This document shows positions 11,801-27,056 of a stretch of DNA of 64,000 nucleotides, piece by piece; the stretch's first letter is position 1, and each line of letters opens with the position of its first letter. Source of the DNA: Malacoraja senta (Eukaryota); NCBI GenBank assembly GCA_038087875.1, contig CM075986.1, positions 14,384,001 through 14,448,000 on the forward strand, read 5' to 3'. The notes under the pieces were generated by a model. It saw only the letters and a list, made by a program, of their open reading frames with translations, did not search any database and was not told the DNA's origin. The position numbers were made by a program, and so were the translations under genes.

Positions 11801-13337
11801 GTAAGTTTCTGTCTTCATTTAGAGTGAGATTTTGTATATCTGTAGAATAAGCTTGTCCTGCAGCCCATTGAAGTGTAGGGGCACTGGCACTGCTATGTCT
11901 GGGCTTCACTCACTGTTAGAATTGCATGCTGATGTTGAATATTCCAAATGAATTGAGTTTCATAATGCTTATAACAGCATGAATCAGAAAAATATGATCC
12001 TTTAAGAGGATGTGAAAAAATATTAGCTGACACAATGTTTTAATCAGCTTTAAATCTTTTATTGCCGCGGTTAACTAATGGTTGTAAAAGTACAAATTGC
12101 CCTACTTGCATGTTGAAGTCAAAACAATCTGCTGTAAGGATCCTTTACAAAAGGTTAGCAAAGGTTGCACAGTTTGTTGCATTTCAGAAGTGAAGTAATT
12201 GAGTTGGGTGTTATTGCACGCGTACTGAGGTACAGTGAAAGTGAAAAGCTTTTGTAGCGTGCTGACCAGTCAGCAGAAAGACAATACCTGATTACAATCG
12301 AGCCACCCACAATGTACAGATACATAATGAAGGGAATAACGTGAATAACATTCAGTGCAAGATTAAAGATAGGCCGAGGCTCTCCAATGAGTAAAATAGT
12401 AGCTCAGGACTAGTTGTCATAAATAATATAAAGTACATAAAAGAATAGTTACATAAAGTGCTCGCTGTAAAGGGGGCTTAGGAAAACATCCAGGTAGACT
12501 GAGCACTAAACCAGTTTTGTTGAACTAGCTTCTGCTTAATAACATTAGGCCATTTGATGTCGTTATAGTAATACAACACGGAAACAGGCCATTCAACCCA
12601 ACTCATTTTGCTGAGCATGAAGCCCATCTAAACTAGTTTCAATTGTCCACATTTGACCCCTATCCTTCTAAACCTCTTCCATTTCATGGAGCTATCCGAA
12701 AGCAGAGTGACCAAACTAAATACAATGCTCCAAATGCAACCTCACTTGGTCTTATTCCACTGCAACATAACATGCCAACATCTAACCCCTGACTGTTAGA
12801 GAACAGTTTGTTAAAAGCCACCTTCGCAGCCCTGATCACCTGTGATGCCATGTTGTATGAAAAATTTTCATAGTTGGAAAATCCAGCAGCATGATTTTCA
12901 TTTGTGCCTTCCCAGCCTTGCTGAGGTTTGTAACATTTCTTGCTCCCAATAGACGTTTCAAAGATCACCAGGCCAGGCATTTCAGCTGACAAACTAAACT
13001 TTTGTGAGGAAAAAGAATATTAATTGAAGATGACTATCTTGCATTTCCATCAATGCATTGTTTGCTTGAATATTTAAGTCGAGCATCATCCAGCCTCTGA
13101 AATGTTTAATTAATTCTATACTTGGGGTACATTCTATTGGTTTGAATATCTCTCACTGATCAGAGTGAAACATGGGCAATACGATAGCTGTGAAATCATG
13201 ATATATAAGATCTGATTCACAGGTATGGGAAAAGATAATGGATAATGTATATGGTGTGATCCAGCTGATTCCAAATGAAGAAGCAGATGTCATTAAAATT
13301 CTTCTAAGTGGGTTTTAAAATGTGAGATTTGTGATGA

Positions 13338-13544
<207 letters not shown>

Positions 13545-14039
13545 TGACCAAGGTTAATATTGGTAATTGGCATTAATGCAGAGTATGACTGGGGATATTA
13601 GTTTCATACACTAGTCTAAATGCTTTACAGTTAATTTATTCCAGAAAATAGCAATATTACAGTAATTTCTATAACAATTGTAAAAGGTTACTAATGTTTG
13701 AATAACAACCATTTCTATTAACTGTACAGGAATAAGTGTTGGGGGAATTTTTTTTTACAAAGATTGTTCTCTATAATTGCTCTATCTTTAAATTCCCTAC
13801 GGATAAGATTTCAAATATAAACTTGAGTTATACTTGCCTAATGCAACACTTTTGCAAATGCAAATGAAAATAAAGATGAGATGAAGAATGAAGGTTAAAA
13901 CTTCATTCTAGTGTAATTATTCCAAGACTCGTGAAAGAAAAGACTGATGGTTGGGGTGAGGGGAATTGGTAGGATGAGGGTGAAGTTCCATATGCCTCTG
14001 AACCTTTCCTATCAATGTACCTGTCCAGTATCTTTTCAA

Positions 14040-14224
14040 AAAGCTGGAGTAACTCAGCGGAACAGGCAGCATCACTGGAGGGAAGGAATGGGTGACATTT
14101 CGTGTCACGACCCGAAATGTCACCCATTCCTTCTCTCCAGAAATGCTGCCTGTCCCGCTGAATAACTCCAACTTCTTGTGATTATCTTCGGTTTAAACCA
14201 GCATCTGCAGTTCCTTCTTACTCG
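14040..14224 (+). mobile_element. Palindromic PLE-terminus insertion inside a CR1 remnant
   Basis: TSD gtatcttttcaa at 14028-14039 and 14225-14236; inverted arms; ends ccagcatctgcagttccttc. Confidence 0.75.
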
Positions 14225-15034
14225 GTATCTTTTCAATGTTGGTATTGTACCTGCCTCTACCACTTTGTTCGGCAGCTCGTTTCATCCGCACACAACCCTC
14301 TGTGGGGAGAAACCTGCCCCTTCGATCGCTTTTTAAACCTTTCCCCACTTTCTTTAAACCTTTAAATTTGGACTGTTTTAATCTGGAGGGGAAAAGGTAG
14401 ATATTCATGTTTTACCCCTGCCTTTCATTTTATAAACCTCTACGGTTGGTTCACCCCTCCAACCCAGCCTCCAATGTTCCAGGGGAAAAAGTGTCCCCGC
14501 CTCTTCTTATAACTCAAACCCTCTCAACCTGATAACATCTTTGTGATTTTTTACATCCTATCCACAACAGTGTGACCAGAACTGTCACAGTACATCAAAT
14601 GTAATGTTGACAACGTCTTGTACAGCTGTAGCTTGACATCCCAACTCATATACTTATTTCCCCAATTGATGAAGGCAACAATGCCAAATGCCTCCTTCAC
14701 CACCCTGACTATATGTGTCGATGTGTCTATTTGTCTCTGTAGTTAAGCAGAAAACCTTAAGGGCAATCTTTGTTTTTTCAAATTCAATTACCATTTTTCA
14801 GATGACATTGAAGACATTATATAAAATAAGTGTTTTGAAATAAAGTTCATCGGAAGGAATGGGTTTTGAATGTAATTAAAAATGAATATTGCAGTTGCAC
14901 GAACTAGCAGTCACTGAAGCTACAATTGTATTACGATATTTTAAACATTTCTTGATCATCAAGTATTTAATTGTCATATGTGCTAAAAACTGAACAATGA
15001 AATTGATCATGTGTGGGGTTTAATGTTTTCACAG

Positions 15035-15173
15035 GTAACATTCTGCTGGTGAACGGGACAGCATGTGGAGAAATAAAAATCACAGATTTTGGATTATCTA
15101 AAATCATGGATGATGACAGTTACAATTCAGTAGATGGAATGGAGCTCACATCACAGGGAGCAGGCACATACTG
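15035..15173 (+). CDS. TLK2: TLK2 coding exon with DFG and activation loop ([47 protein letters not shown])
   Basis: tcacag acceptor, gtgagc donor; 139 nt; VNGTACGE and [10 protein letters not shown] fit TLK2 better than TLK1 as recalled. Confidence 0.97.
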
Positions 15174-15839
15174 GTGAGCTGGCGTTGAGATGCCTGTTGA
15201 CACTTCTCATTCAAGCTCAAGTGTTTGAAGCTGAAGTAGCTTATTAGACTGAAATCTAATATAGATTGCATGTAATTTTTTTTTGTTGAGCTTGAAATGT
15301 CACTTACTGCCCTTCATGAGGCACTGCCTGAATTTTTTCTGTACCATTATGAACCATGACAGCAGGCGGCAAAGAATATTGTTAATGCTATGGTAAGGTG
15401 AAGCCTGACGTGATCAAACTAAATTATCATCAAGAACATGAAGTGACTTCATGTTGACTGCTTTTTTCTTTCTAAAACACATCATGAATATTTCATTTGG
15501 CTTGGTGTGATGCACAGCGTCAATCTGGGCTGGAACCTTTTAGCAACAGAGTGCACCAATTATATATTTGAAACCAGCCTAGGCTGAAAAGTCCTTTTAT
15601 TAGACACGTTCATTTGATGCCAGTTTTTTTCAGAAGAGCTGAACAGGTGCTTCCTAGGGCACTGAAAGAAATAGTTGAAGATGTCAAATTTCAAGGCTGG
15701 GATTTCCAAATTCTTATTGTATATAGTCTCCTATGTTCATATTTTTCAAAGAGTTATTGAAGGGATCTTAAAAGAGTCGACAAAGGAGAAAAGTTGTTGG
15801 GATTTAGGCTAGGAAATTTACTTAAAAGTTAGATCCCAT

Positions 15840-16230
15840 TGAGTATGATGGATTTCATGAATAGAATTGTCATGGTGAAATCCCATTTTATAAAATTTTG
15901 TTTAGGCTGCATTTGAAGTATTCTGTACAGTTCTGTTTGCCCCATACAGGAATAATGTGGAGGCTTAGGAGTGGGCACAGATGAGGGTTACCAGAATGCT
16001 GCTTGGATTAGAGGGTATTACCTAGAAGGAGGTTGAACAAACATGGATTGTTTTCTTTGGAGTGTCTGAGATTGAAAGGAGACCTAATAGAAGTATATAA
16101 AGATGAGAGGCATAGATAGGGTAGACATTTTGAACCTTTATCCCAGGATGGAAATATGAAATATTGCATAGCTTCAAGGGAAGAGGAGAAATGTTTGCAT
16201 TTATGGGGATAGTAATGAGGAGGGAGCATT
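15840..16230 (+). mobile_element. CR1 LINE ORF2 3' remnant
   Basis: Degenerate CR1-type sequence (cagttctgtttgcccc...gagacctaatagaagtatataaagatg); boundaries approximate. Confidence 0.7.
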
Positions 16231-16528
16231 TAGATTGTCCTCGTGTCACCAGCAGTTAGTGATTTTTGTTTTTATTTTTTGGAGATGGATCATGGAAACT
16301 AGCTGAAAATTGGGACAAAATTATTTTTGCTTTTAATGAATCTTTTCCACTATCACACTGCAGTTCTTTTTTATCCCACCTGTTCTTTTGAAGTAATATT
16401 AGTGCCCACTGGTAGAAGTTTTATAGTGCATGTGTTGATGAATTACTTTTGTTTTCTTCCATAGTAGTCCTTTAGCACATTGAGCCTGTCTATTGTTTGT
16501 ATTGTTTGCCACAGAAATGGTAACTTAA

Positions 16529-16798
<270 letters not shown>

Positions 16799-19259
16799 TG
16801 AGTTACTCTTGTTTTTCAGTTCCATGGTTGATTTGCACACTTACTGACATTTTAACAGTCAAGATATAAACTGACCTTGAAATCTGGGACTGTTGTCAAG
16901 AAATCAATTCTTTGTACATTGATGAGGGGAATAAAGACACTTTTACTTACATGACTAAATTATGTTTTTTCATATGCTTAATCCTGAGGTGAGGCTTTGC
17001 ATATATAAAATCTTTACTCCTTTTCCATTATTTCTTGACCTGTCCTTGCTTCCCCATTACCCACGAGATCATGTAATCCTAGTATTGTTCACCTTTGTTA
17101 TGTTCAGACCTGTGCCTATGAATGCTGCAGCAGAGTGTTTGTTGTACACTGACAGTGACAATGCCATTGTGACTACCAATGACTACCACCGGTCAGTGCT
17201 GGCTCGAAGGGCCGAATGGCCTACTCCTGCACCTATTGTCTATTGTCAGTATAGTTTGTTCTTGGGCAGATGTGGCTCTGGACTTTAGCCAAAGATCAAA
17301 GTGGGTCCTGAGTTTCAAATGTCCAGGTGCCAGGTCAGCATTTGTTAGGCTCTGGGCAGTGGCAGGTAGTGGGTTAGGGGATGGAGCAGAAATGAGGAAA
17401 CAGGGTGAAGGTCCATTTCAGCTGTAGCCTCCAGGGTGCTTCTGACCACCTTGCACTTTTATTCCGTGAAATCTGCCTGATGATGTTATGAGCCATTCCT
17501 TTCAAGATATCAGTGCTGTCCTGGGGATTCCAGCATATATCCCATATCCTCTTGGTTTTACAGAAAAATTGCTTCTTTGTATTAAAATTCAGTGGGACAG
17601 CAAATCTTCCATTTGGATGCAAGAAGCCTCATGCCATTCTAAACTGTTGGCAACTTTAAGGTCCCTCAACAGTTTCAAGATTCCCATTAACCTACTCCTG
17701 TATCACCCTGTGCTTGTCTTGCACTAGTTAACTTTACCAAAGTAAATTCCAATTGCCACATTGATATCCACTTAACCAATCCATTGATCCCTTTCTGTAA
17801 CACAGAACTCTCATTCTCGGCATCAATCGCACTGCCAATTTTGGCATTAACAGAGTTCATCAAGAATCTTTTGTTTGCCCAAATTGTGAATATACCACAA
17901 AAAGCAAAGGTGCCTAGAACTGAGATCTGCTGAATTCCAAACCACACAGCCCTCCATTCCTTAAACTCTAGTCACCCAATATCCTAATCCTAATGTTGTT
18001 ATACTTTTTCCTATTTTACACCAGACCCATCCCTTTTTCTGGTGTACATCATCTGAAACACCTGTACTCTTGCCCATCTTTAAGCTATGTTTCAGTAAGG
18101 GCCATTGTTCAAGGTGAAATAAAGGCAATGAACCAAGGGAACCAATATGTTACAGTATGACTAATTAGGCACTGCCAAACCACTTCGTTTCTTCAGGCTT
18201 CCAAATTCATTGCTTTGCTTAGCAGGCTCATTGGGTAAACCTTTACGATTCACATCCAGTTTTCTGTACTTCCTTCTGAAATTATGGTTGGTTCCCATTC
18301 TCTTGCCACGCTGGTTTAAATTCTTCCAACTGCATGCAAAATCCCAAACCTGGCTCTGTTGATGTCTGGCTGTGCAGGTCCAGCTATTATTCTTCACCAT
18401 TTTCTTGTTGAATTTGTATATTTAGCCACGCTGCTTGATGCAGTAATACAAATTTCGCAAATACTGGAGTAAATTGATATTGACAGAAAATATAAACATT
18501 CAAATTGGTGAAGTATCCTTTTTTGTCATGGTGGTAAGTGTGTAAAATATGCAAGATTTACTAAGGTGTAATATGTTCTAAATAAGGTGAAATTTGCCAT
18601 TTTCCTGGAGAAAGGGTATAATCGGAAAGCTGAAGAATAGCCAGGTCTGATGAAGACCTCTCGTACAGGGCTCTGGTTCTCTTTCAAACTGATGGTTCTG
18701 CATTATACAAGGTTGGGGTTAAGAGCAGAGGAACAAATCTTCAATTGATTAGTTTCATATTTAGCCCTTTCTCCAGGATTGGTAAATTTTACCTTACCTA
18801 AAGCAACTTATACCATGTCTTACTAAATCTTGCATATTGTACACACCAGTACGATATAAAAGGAAACTTCTCCACCTTGAATGATTATGAACAATGACTG
18901 ATTTTGGTTTCTCCATATGAGACGCTAATGAATAAAGAACTGGAAAGACAACATAAAAGTGCGATATTATTCTCTCCTCCTTAGTAGAATTGATTAAAGG
19001 CAAATAATTAGCGAGTGCTTCTGGAATCTGTTTCACTTGTAGCCGTGTTTGAAGTTTGGCGGGCCGAGGTTCTTAAATTTTGAGTGCTTAAAAAATATTT
19101 GGCTTCATGTGAAGTTGTTTTTTTCAAATATCCCAAATGAGAAAGAGGAAAGCGAGTGCATTAAGCATTCACTGTCTTTCCACCATGTAGTTCATGGATT
19201 GGTACACGTTAGCTGCTGTTTTAATCTCTGGTGCTCACCTTTCCTTCTCCATTTCATAG

Positions 19260-19367
19260 CCATTTGGTCACAATCAGTCACAACAGGATATTCTTCAGGA
19301 AAACACAATTTTGAAAGCCACGGAGGTGCAGTTTCCACAAAAGCCAGTGAACAGTGCAGAAGCAAAG
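19260..19367 (+). CDS. TLK2: TLK2 coding exon ([36 protein letters not shown])
   Basis: ttcatag acceptor, gtaagg donor; 108 nt. Confidence 0.97.
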
Positions 19368-19744
19368 GTAAGGCTATACAGTCAAAGGCTATTAATAATA
19401 TTGCTATCAGACCACCTATTTTTTTGTATTTTATAGTAATAAATAATCCATTTTAAATGTAACCACAGGTTTTGCTGTGCTTGCTAGTAGCATCTTGGCC
19501 TCAATATAATGAGATGTGTGTGTCTGTGATCTTGTAGCCACTGTATGGATAAGAAAAAATGTTGGGGGATATGGGCCAAATGCAGGCCAATGGAACTAGC
19601 TTAGATGGGCAGCTTGAACGGAATGGATGAGTTGGGCTGAAGAGCTGTTTCCATGCTCTATAACTCTAACGTTTATTTTCTATGAAGGGGAATCATATGT
19701 ATGCATCTCCTGCGCATTTTTCAGGAATACAATTATTTTTTCAA

Positions 19745-20100
19745 CTGACGATAGCTGTTCCTTGATAAGAGGAGAGAGGAATGCAGAATCTCTTGCCCAG
19801 AGTAGGGGAGTCGAGGACCAGAGGACATAGGTTCAAGGTGAAGGGGAAAAGATTTAATAGGAATCTGAGGGGTAACTTTTTCACACAAAGGGTGGTGGGT
19901 ATATGGAAGAAGCTGCCAGATGAGGTAGTTGAGGCTGGGACTATCCCAACTTTTAAGAAACAGACAGGTACATGGATAGGATGGGTTTGGAGCGATATGG
20001 ACCAAGCACAGGCAGGTGGGACTAGTGTAGCTGGGACATGTTGGCTGGTGTGGGCAAGTTGGGACGAAGGGCCTGTTTCCACTCTGTATCACTCTATGAC
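19745..20100 (+). mobile_element. CR1/HER1 LINE 3' end
   Basis: ORF 19781+ reads ESRTRGHRFKVKGKRFNRNLRGNFFTQRVVGIWKKLP (CR1 C-terminal motif); tail gaagggcctgtttcc...ctctatgactat. Confidence 0.85.
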
Positions 20101-21010
20101 TATAAGAATATGCCAGGGACTGGACAAAGAGAACATTTATTTCTTCACCATGTTTTGATGCATTATTCTTCTTGAAGCTCAGACATAACTAATCCAAGCA
20201 GTTGGATTAACTTAATCCACTGTGCCACTAGGATATCTGAATCAGTGGATGCAATATTATTGATTTTTTTCTTTGACTGGTAACTTCGTAGAGTAATTGT
20301 TTTTTATAAACTTTAATCATAATCATACTGAGGTATGTGCTTTGTGAGGCAAATGTGATGAAAGGCTTGAAAGTTACACCTGTATTACTCAAAATAAAAA
20401 TGGCCAGTCACGTAATGCATAAAAAAATTATGATTTATACGGTTGGTATAAGTCTGAGAGTGATTGGGGCATGAGTAAATTTAAACATTAAATCATTGAA
20501 ATTTATGGGGCAGTAAAAAGCAATTTGATTTTTTTAAAGGATGTATTTGTTTTAAATTAAAAAATTGCATGGAAAGGAGTAGTTTCTCATAATGTGTTAG
20601 TTATACTTGAGCAGAGAGCTGATTTGAACATGATATTGATGCTTGTATTTCACAAAGGGACAATATCTGGTCCTGCAGCCTGGCATCGATAAATAGTTCC
20701 ATAGTAAATCTTTTATGGAATTGGTGTCGGTACCAAAAATTGTTGTTATGGCATAAAAGATGCGATGAGAAATAATGAATTTATAAGCTGGAGTATCTGA
20801 ATAATGATAGCTTAGTGCCTTATTTGAACTTGGGAAAGTTAACGCTGTATTGACCTGTAAAACCTATAAATCATTGGCATAATATTTGCTGCACATATCT
20901 TTATCTACATTAAATTAGCTGGCTTGGATGCATTTTCTGTTATATATAGAGAGAATTACAAGTACTTTTACTATATTACATAAATTATTTTTTCTTTTAT
21001 TTTGTTGCAG

Positions 21011-21178
21011 GCATTTATCCGACGCTGTCTGGCATATCGTAAGGAGGACCGGATAGATGTTCAGCTACTTGCCAGTGACCCATACTTGATGCCTCATATA
21101 AGGAAGTCAGTGTCCAGTACCAGTCCAGGTGTGGTTGCCTCAACATCTGGATCATCAAATAACAGCACTTCAATCTGA
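21011..21178 (+). CDS. TLK2: TLK2 terminal coding exon ([55 protein letters not shown])
   Basis: ttgcag acceptor; TGA at 21176-21178; Ser-rich tail of TLK2 type. Confidence 0.96.
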   Translation, partial: AFIRRCLAYRKEDRIDVQLLASDPYLMPHIRKSVSSTSPGVVASTSGSSNNSTSI

Positions 21179-21765
21179 GCATGCAGACTATCCATGTGAT
21201 AGTACGTTGAAGAAAAGAAGTACAGAATCCATGCTGGTGATGATTTGTACCAGGTGTTTTCTCCGTATGTCCACCTGTGGGGAAGAACGTCCTCGCGGAT
21301 TCTCCGAAGAGAGAGATGGACAGAGACTGCGTTGCTCCAGGCAGAAAGCAAGGAGGCGATGTCAGAGGCTATGAATCACGGACCATGACTGATGGCTGCT
21401 AACAAAAAGGACAATGATGAGAATCTGCATCCTGCTCCCATGTCCCTTGGCAGTAGCACAACCTTGAACTGAAAGTGGCTTTGTGCTGGAAGAGAGTGAA
21501 CAAGATGGGGTTTACCTTTTTAAATGTCCTTTCTCTCACACAAACTCCCACCCCTTCTCCCATATCTGCCCATCAACTACCCAATGCCCAAAATGGTAAA
21601 GTGAATTCAAGTTAAACATAAAAGACACACTGGTTATTGGACTGCTCCAGAGTTTTTTTTAGCCTGCCTCTTGGTGGCAGTGGTGTTCTTTGAGTTTGTT
21701 ACGAATACAGTTCTATTGGTCTTTAAAGAAAACAGACCTTTCCTCTTCTTCACTTGCAGTACTGC

Positions 21766-21873
21766 GCACGCACACACACCCACTCTCACACACTCTCTCA
21801 CACACACACTCTCTCACACACACACACTCTCTCACACACGCGCGCACACACACATGCGCGCACACACACACAC
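21766..21873. repeat. Compound (CA)n/(CT)n microsatellite in the TLK2 3'UTR
   Basis: Directly visible. Confidence 0.95.
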
Positions 21874-22803
21874 TTTAGAGGTCTGATTTCTATAGCTTTT
21901 TCTTGCACTGTTCCTGTAGTATTTTATTTTTTACCTGTGGATTTAGACAGACAACACTAAGTCTTTGAAAAATCTGCTGCAAAATAAGTATTTTGATGCC
22001 GTGTAGACATCTGCTTTTTCAGTTGTTTTTCTTCATCTTGGCAGTGTTTTAATATCCCTCTTGTTCATTCATGTCCTTCACCAAATTTTGCTTAACTTTC
22101 TTTCAAAGGATGCATGTGCATTTTGGTTGCCAATTTGTATGGTACATTCAGTATTTGAGAGGAACACACTGTTGTGTTCAAACATCGGTTTCCACCTGAA
22201 CTATTTACATTTTGGGGAGGGGGGAGTAACTGAGGATTTTCAGCTGAGAAAAACAGATGTCTGACTTTTAACAAAACTAGTTGTATTATCTTTTAAAGTA
22301 GGAAGCCTTTCAGGGTTTGTTTGTTAATGGTTCAAGAGGAGTGGATTTAAAAAAAATAAAATGCTGAGTGATCTAGCTTTGGACAACAAATGTTGACATG
22401 TTAATTGGCATGATCCCATCCTTTCCCACAAATGCACTGGCTGGTTGTTAGTGACTAACTGACCAGTTAAGCTGGTAACTAACTACACAGCTCTGCTGGT
22501 CAATTCTTGTTGAGTAAATTCTTACCCGATCCTAACGCTGGGGCAGTGGTTAAATGCAATTAGTATTCATGATAGTTTGACAATAGATTTTCCTTAATAT
22601 GATACTCAAATCTTTCTTTATACTCTGACTTTGAGGGAAAAAATAGAAACGAAAATGTGAATACAGAAACTTAACTTGCAGCATAGCAGTAAAATGTGGC
22701 AACAGTTAGTCAGGTATCATGGAATGTCACAGAAGGAGTACATCAGGCATGTAATGTCTATGCCGCCATCCTTTATTTGAGCAGTTTCTTTTTGTGAAGT
22801 GTG

Positions 22804-23008
22804 CAGGCACCCTGCTTTCTACACCGGGGTTACGTTCCTGAAAAGCAGCACATAATTCAAAAACACATAAATTAAACATATATATTTAAAACGAGCTTAA
22901 GTATGAGCCCATCATTTCAAAAATCACATAAATTCGATTTTGATATTACAAGTGCATTATTTAAAAAACACACATAAATTAAACATAGGTAAATGTGGGA
23001 GGTGCCTG
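22804..23008. mobile_element. MER2/Tigger-like MITE, ~205 bp
   Basis: CAGGCACC...GGTGCCTG|TA termini (left TSD reads TG), subterminal GGGGTTACGTTCC, internal repeated acacataaattaaacata. Confidence 0.65.
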
Positions 23009-26000
23009 TACTTTATTTGAAGTATAAATACGATCCGTGGTGCTGTATAATGTACACGACACCGTTTGTAGCAAGTGAGCCCAGGTTACAAATAGTGGGC
23101 ACTGCTAATTATCAGATGTCAATGGATGAGTCTCATCAGACAGATAGTCCAGATTGGCAGTAGACTTGGCACAAAGATATTTCAGCTGTCTAATTTAACA
23201 GTTAATCCCTTTAACATGAGACCAGCTTTACCAAATGAGATGGGGACTGCCCCATCATTGGCCTTTACAAACCCCTTGAGATGAATGATGGAGAAAAGGT
23301 TCTGGATGCAGTTTAGGAAATTCAAAACCCCAATTCGACATCCTTGCATGAAATATTCCATTATTAACACAATCTGAAAGTGGTGTTAAATGAAAAGCTC
23401 CAAATGCTGCTAAATATTTCGTTCATCTTGGGTGTTTCATTAACAATTAGGTGATAATAAAAATGAGGGATTACAAATACATTAACAATTTCAATTATTT
23501 ATGTAGGCTTTGATCTTGCCTTCATAAAATTTGACAACTACATCAAGTTTGTTCATCCAATCCTGCCCAGAACATCCTATCCTTGCACCTAAATGTTTCT
23601 CTACTGTCGGGGTAAAGGACATATATTTGCAAAATACACTAGATCATACTTTACCTGGTAGAATCTGCTTCAAGATACAGGTGCAGGCGAAATGCAGTTT
23701 TTCAAAAACTCTGCAGATTAGCCAAGTAGCAATTTCCTCCTATTGATCTGCTTTGAAAACAGAATGTTAATATTACACATCATTGGATATTGGAACTGGT
23801 CAATGCTGTTTAGTAATTCATCTCCTATGCACTTTTTTCCAAAAATAATCAATAATTGCTTGTGTGTACTAGACTTAAGATTCACTGGAAAACAAGGTTT
23901 TGTCATCTGAGGGCATCGTCTCGACTTTAAGGTATATCTTTGAATGGCAACCTAATTGCTGTTGAATTATGGTAAAGTCTTTACTTAACCTATAGATTTG
24001 AGTTAAATTAATTTACATCGATTAATAAAATGTCCTCCTATTTTTGTGCCTCCTCTCCCCGAAACCTCTAGCAGCCTGTGAGTACACATGTTTTAGGAAA
24101 CTAAAATTCTAGTACTATCTGAGTGCATCCCTGTCCAAATGTTGGTGCTATCCCCACAGAGATATTGCTCGCACAATATCAAAGATGAGGAGTGCAATGG
24201 AAGCTAAAGTGTTCCGTACAAAGTAGCTGAGTCAATCATAATGGAAAATGTTGTCAGTAACTCTAAAAGCTGAACTCTGATTTAGTGGCAGTCTTGTGTT
24301 TAGGTACTTGTTTGAAAAGGAAATTGCAGTAGTTTTTTTGTTGATCTGCAGTAACCAGCCCATATTTTACAACTGACTACGCGTCATTATGGATTAACAA
24401 CACTGGGGTTGTTGTGTGTGCTATATCTTAAATATATATATATATATACATATAAAATATTTGACTTTTATACTGCTTTTATTGAAGGTTTGTTGCAAGT
24501 TCTCATTTACCCATGGGATTCAATTTGGTGACCTACTTTCATCATTTTAGATAACTGACTAAAGTGCTCAGGATTCTTTTTTATTATTGACTGTCTGAAT
24601 TTCTACTCAAAGAAGCCAAACCAGTAGAAATTGGATTAAATAAATATCAAAAATAATTGCAGATGCCAGAAACCTGAAATAAAAACTAAGTGCTGTAAAC
24701 CTTCAGCGGTTCAGGCAGCAGCCTGCTAAGTGTTTTCAGTATTTTCTGTTTTTATTTCAAATATTAATATTAATGTGCATTACATTAATATTGTAATCCT
24801 GAAGGAAAGACTGTGAATATCACTAGTAAGCAAGCAGAGGTCTACTTTGCACATAGCACTGAGTTTGCAGTAGATGGTGATATCCTTGATGTAATAGCAA
24901 CATCAAGGAGCAGTAATTTGTAACTAGACATTAGTGCAAGATTCATGGGGCTGCATTTTAATTTCTCAAGTTTAGAAATAGTTCTGTCTATTGGGGAAGG
25001 GGTGTTGTAAGGAGGATTAATGATAAGTCGTATATTGAACTCGTATTGAAAGACCAAGAGCAACTGCGGAATCCTGATACCTTGTCAAAAGTACAAGAGT
25101 GCAGCACAAACTGGGTTACTTGGTTGCTTTATCCAGTGCATTGATGAATTGCTTGAAGACATTTGTTCTACCCTGTGATCATTAATCCAATGGATAATGC
25201 TGGGGTTTTGTCAGTATGAATAACGAGCTTCAACAATTTCTAACAAACGATGTGGCTTTTTTCCTTCCAGAAGGAACGGCGCTGCAGACATTAATGCTAG
25301 GAAGAGAAAGTTGCCTCGGCATAAATCTGGCAGGGAATGATGTCTGTATTAAGCATCTGCAAAAATTTTCCTGCACTGAACAACGTTAAATTGACATTTT
25401 AACAAAATGAGCAACAGTTTAGATCGTTGTAGCTGAGAATTGATGCATGGTCAGAAATGGAATACAGCATGAGTTTGCAGGTGTTCCTTTCTGAGGCTGG
25501 GGGAAGGAGGGAAAAGGTTACTATTACTTTGTGCAATGGTATGAGTGAGTTGGGGAAGAAGTGTCACGTGCAGTCATTGAGAAAACTCATGGTTCTTATG
25601 GTTTGTTCTTATGGTTTGACCTGTGAGTTCCGTCAGCTTTGGAGTTAAATCAGATAAATCTTTGAAAGTGATCGGTAGAACAGCAGCACCTTGATAGGGT
25701 GATTTATATATTGCCTAATGTATAGGACTTTTCTTTCCGAACCCTCCCAAACTATAATGGTGCATTATCCATTGCAAACCATGAAATCTCTACTTGCCTA
25801 AAGATTATAGGAAGTTGCTATTCAGTGCATTTCTGATGAGTCCTAAAGTGGTGTACAGTTGCTGCAGTTCAAACATTTAAACGAATCTTCAGAAAAATAA
25901 ATGATCTTTTACCCTTTTTGAATGTGCAAATTGGAGCGCTTTTCCCCAAAGGGAGGAGATTTCTACTGTAACAACAGTTCTGTTTATTCATGTGCCAATA

Positions 26001-27050
26001 AATATCAAAAGTGTTCACTGTTCTTTCAATTTCATTGCAGCTTGAGAAATCTTTAGCAGGTTATAAAAGTTGATCCATGTCATATATCAGTTGTGATATT
26101 TGGATTTGCTACATTCTGCGACAGCTCTGTAACAAACGATTTTATATACACTGAGTTTTGGCCGGGTTTCAGTCACTCGCCAGGAAGTTGGATCCGATGG
26201 ATTTTTTTCCCCCTCAGAAAAAAATGCTTTTACACAAAAACGAGGTGATCCTGTGTGTGTTTTGATTTTTTAAAAACTGTGTTTGAATCCCATTGTTTTC
26301 CAATGCAGATTAATTTATAGAGAACTTGTTTGGTTAATTATTTTATATGTGCGAGTTTGTTTTTCCATTTGGAATTTGGTTTATCCCAATTAGTACACTG
26401 CATATGAGTGATCTTTGGGCAATTTCTTCTATCCATGCTGCTCTTTTCTCTGCACCCTTTACCCAACCTCCCCCTCCTCTCCCAGCCACTATATCCCACA
26501 ACTAAATCACTCAGCAGCATCCCTCTGTGGCTGAGTGTCATTCAGCAGTTACACGTGCAGGAATTTGAGTTTAGATGTTTCTTGCATTGCAACTAGTTAA
26601 AACACTGTGAATAACTCCTGGTTTGGTAAACATTTCAGACCAGCTTATTTCTCCCCGTGGTTCCTCTTTCCAACAGTTCTGGGTTTTTTTTTAAAAAGAG
26701 ACAATAAATTTGTACAAATGCCTCTATATAATGTATATTGTAGTGGTATGATGACAACTGCGTGAGCCTCTTCTAGACAACAGCTTTACTTTAATGTACA
26801 AAAGAAACAAAATAAAATGAAGGGGTAAAATTAAACCGGTACGGATATTTTCTTTTGAATCAAAAGGAAGGTGCCGCAGAACCCCTATGAGTATGTGTCA
26901 CTGAAATACATGCTTGGCTAATAACCCCAGTCTGGTGACAAGGGTTGCTGTGTATATTTCAATAAATTGTATTGCTTTGTGCAGATACCAAACTGCTAGA
27001 TGTCCATTGATAGCTGCTGGTGTAGAAATTGTTTCTTTTATTCATCTGCT

Positions 27051-27056
27051 AATAAA
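27051..27056 (+). terminator. Candidate distal polyadenylation signal of TLK2
   Basis: AATAAA preceded by TGTA motifs and followed ~30 nt later by tgttttagtttttttttt. Confidence 0.45.
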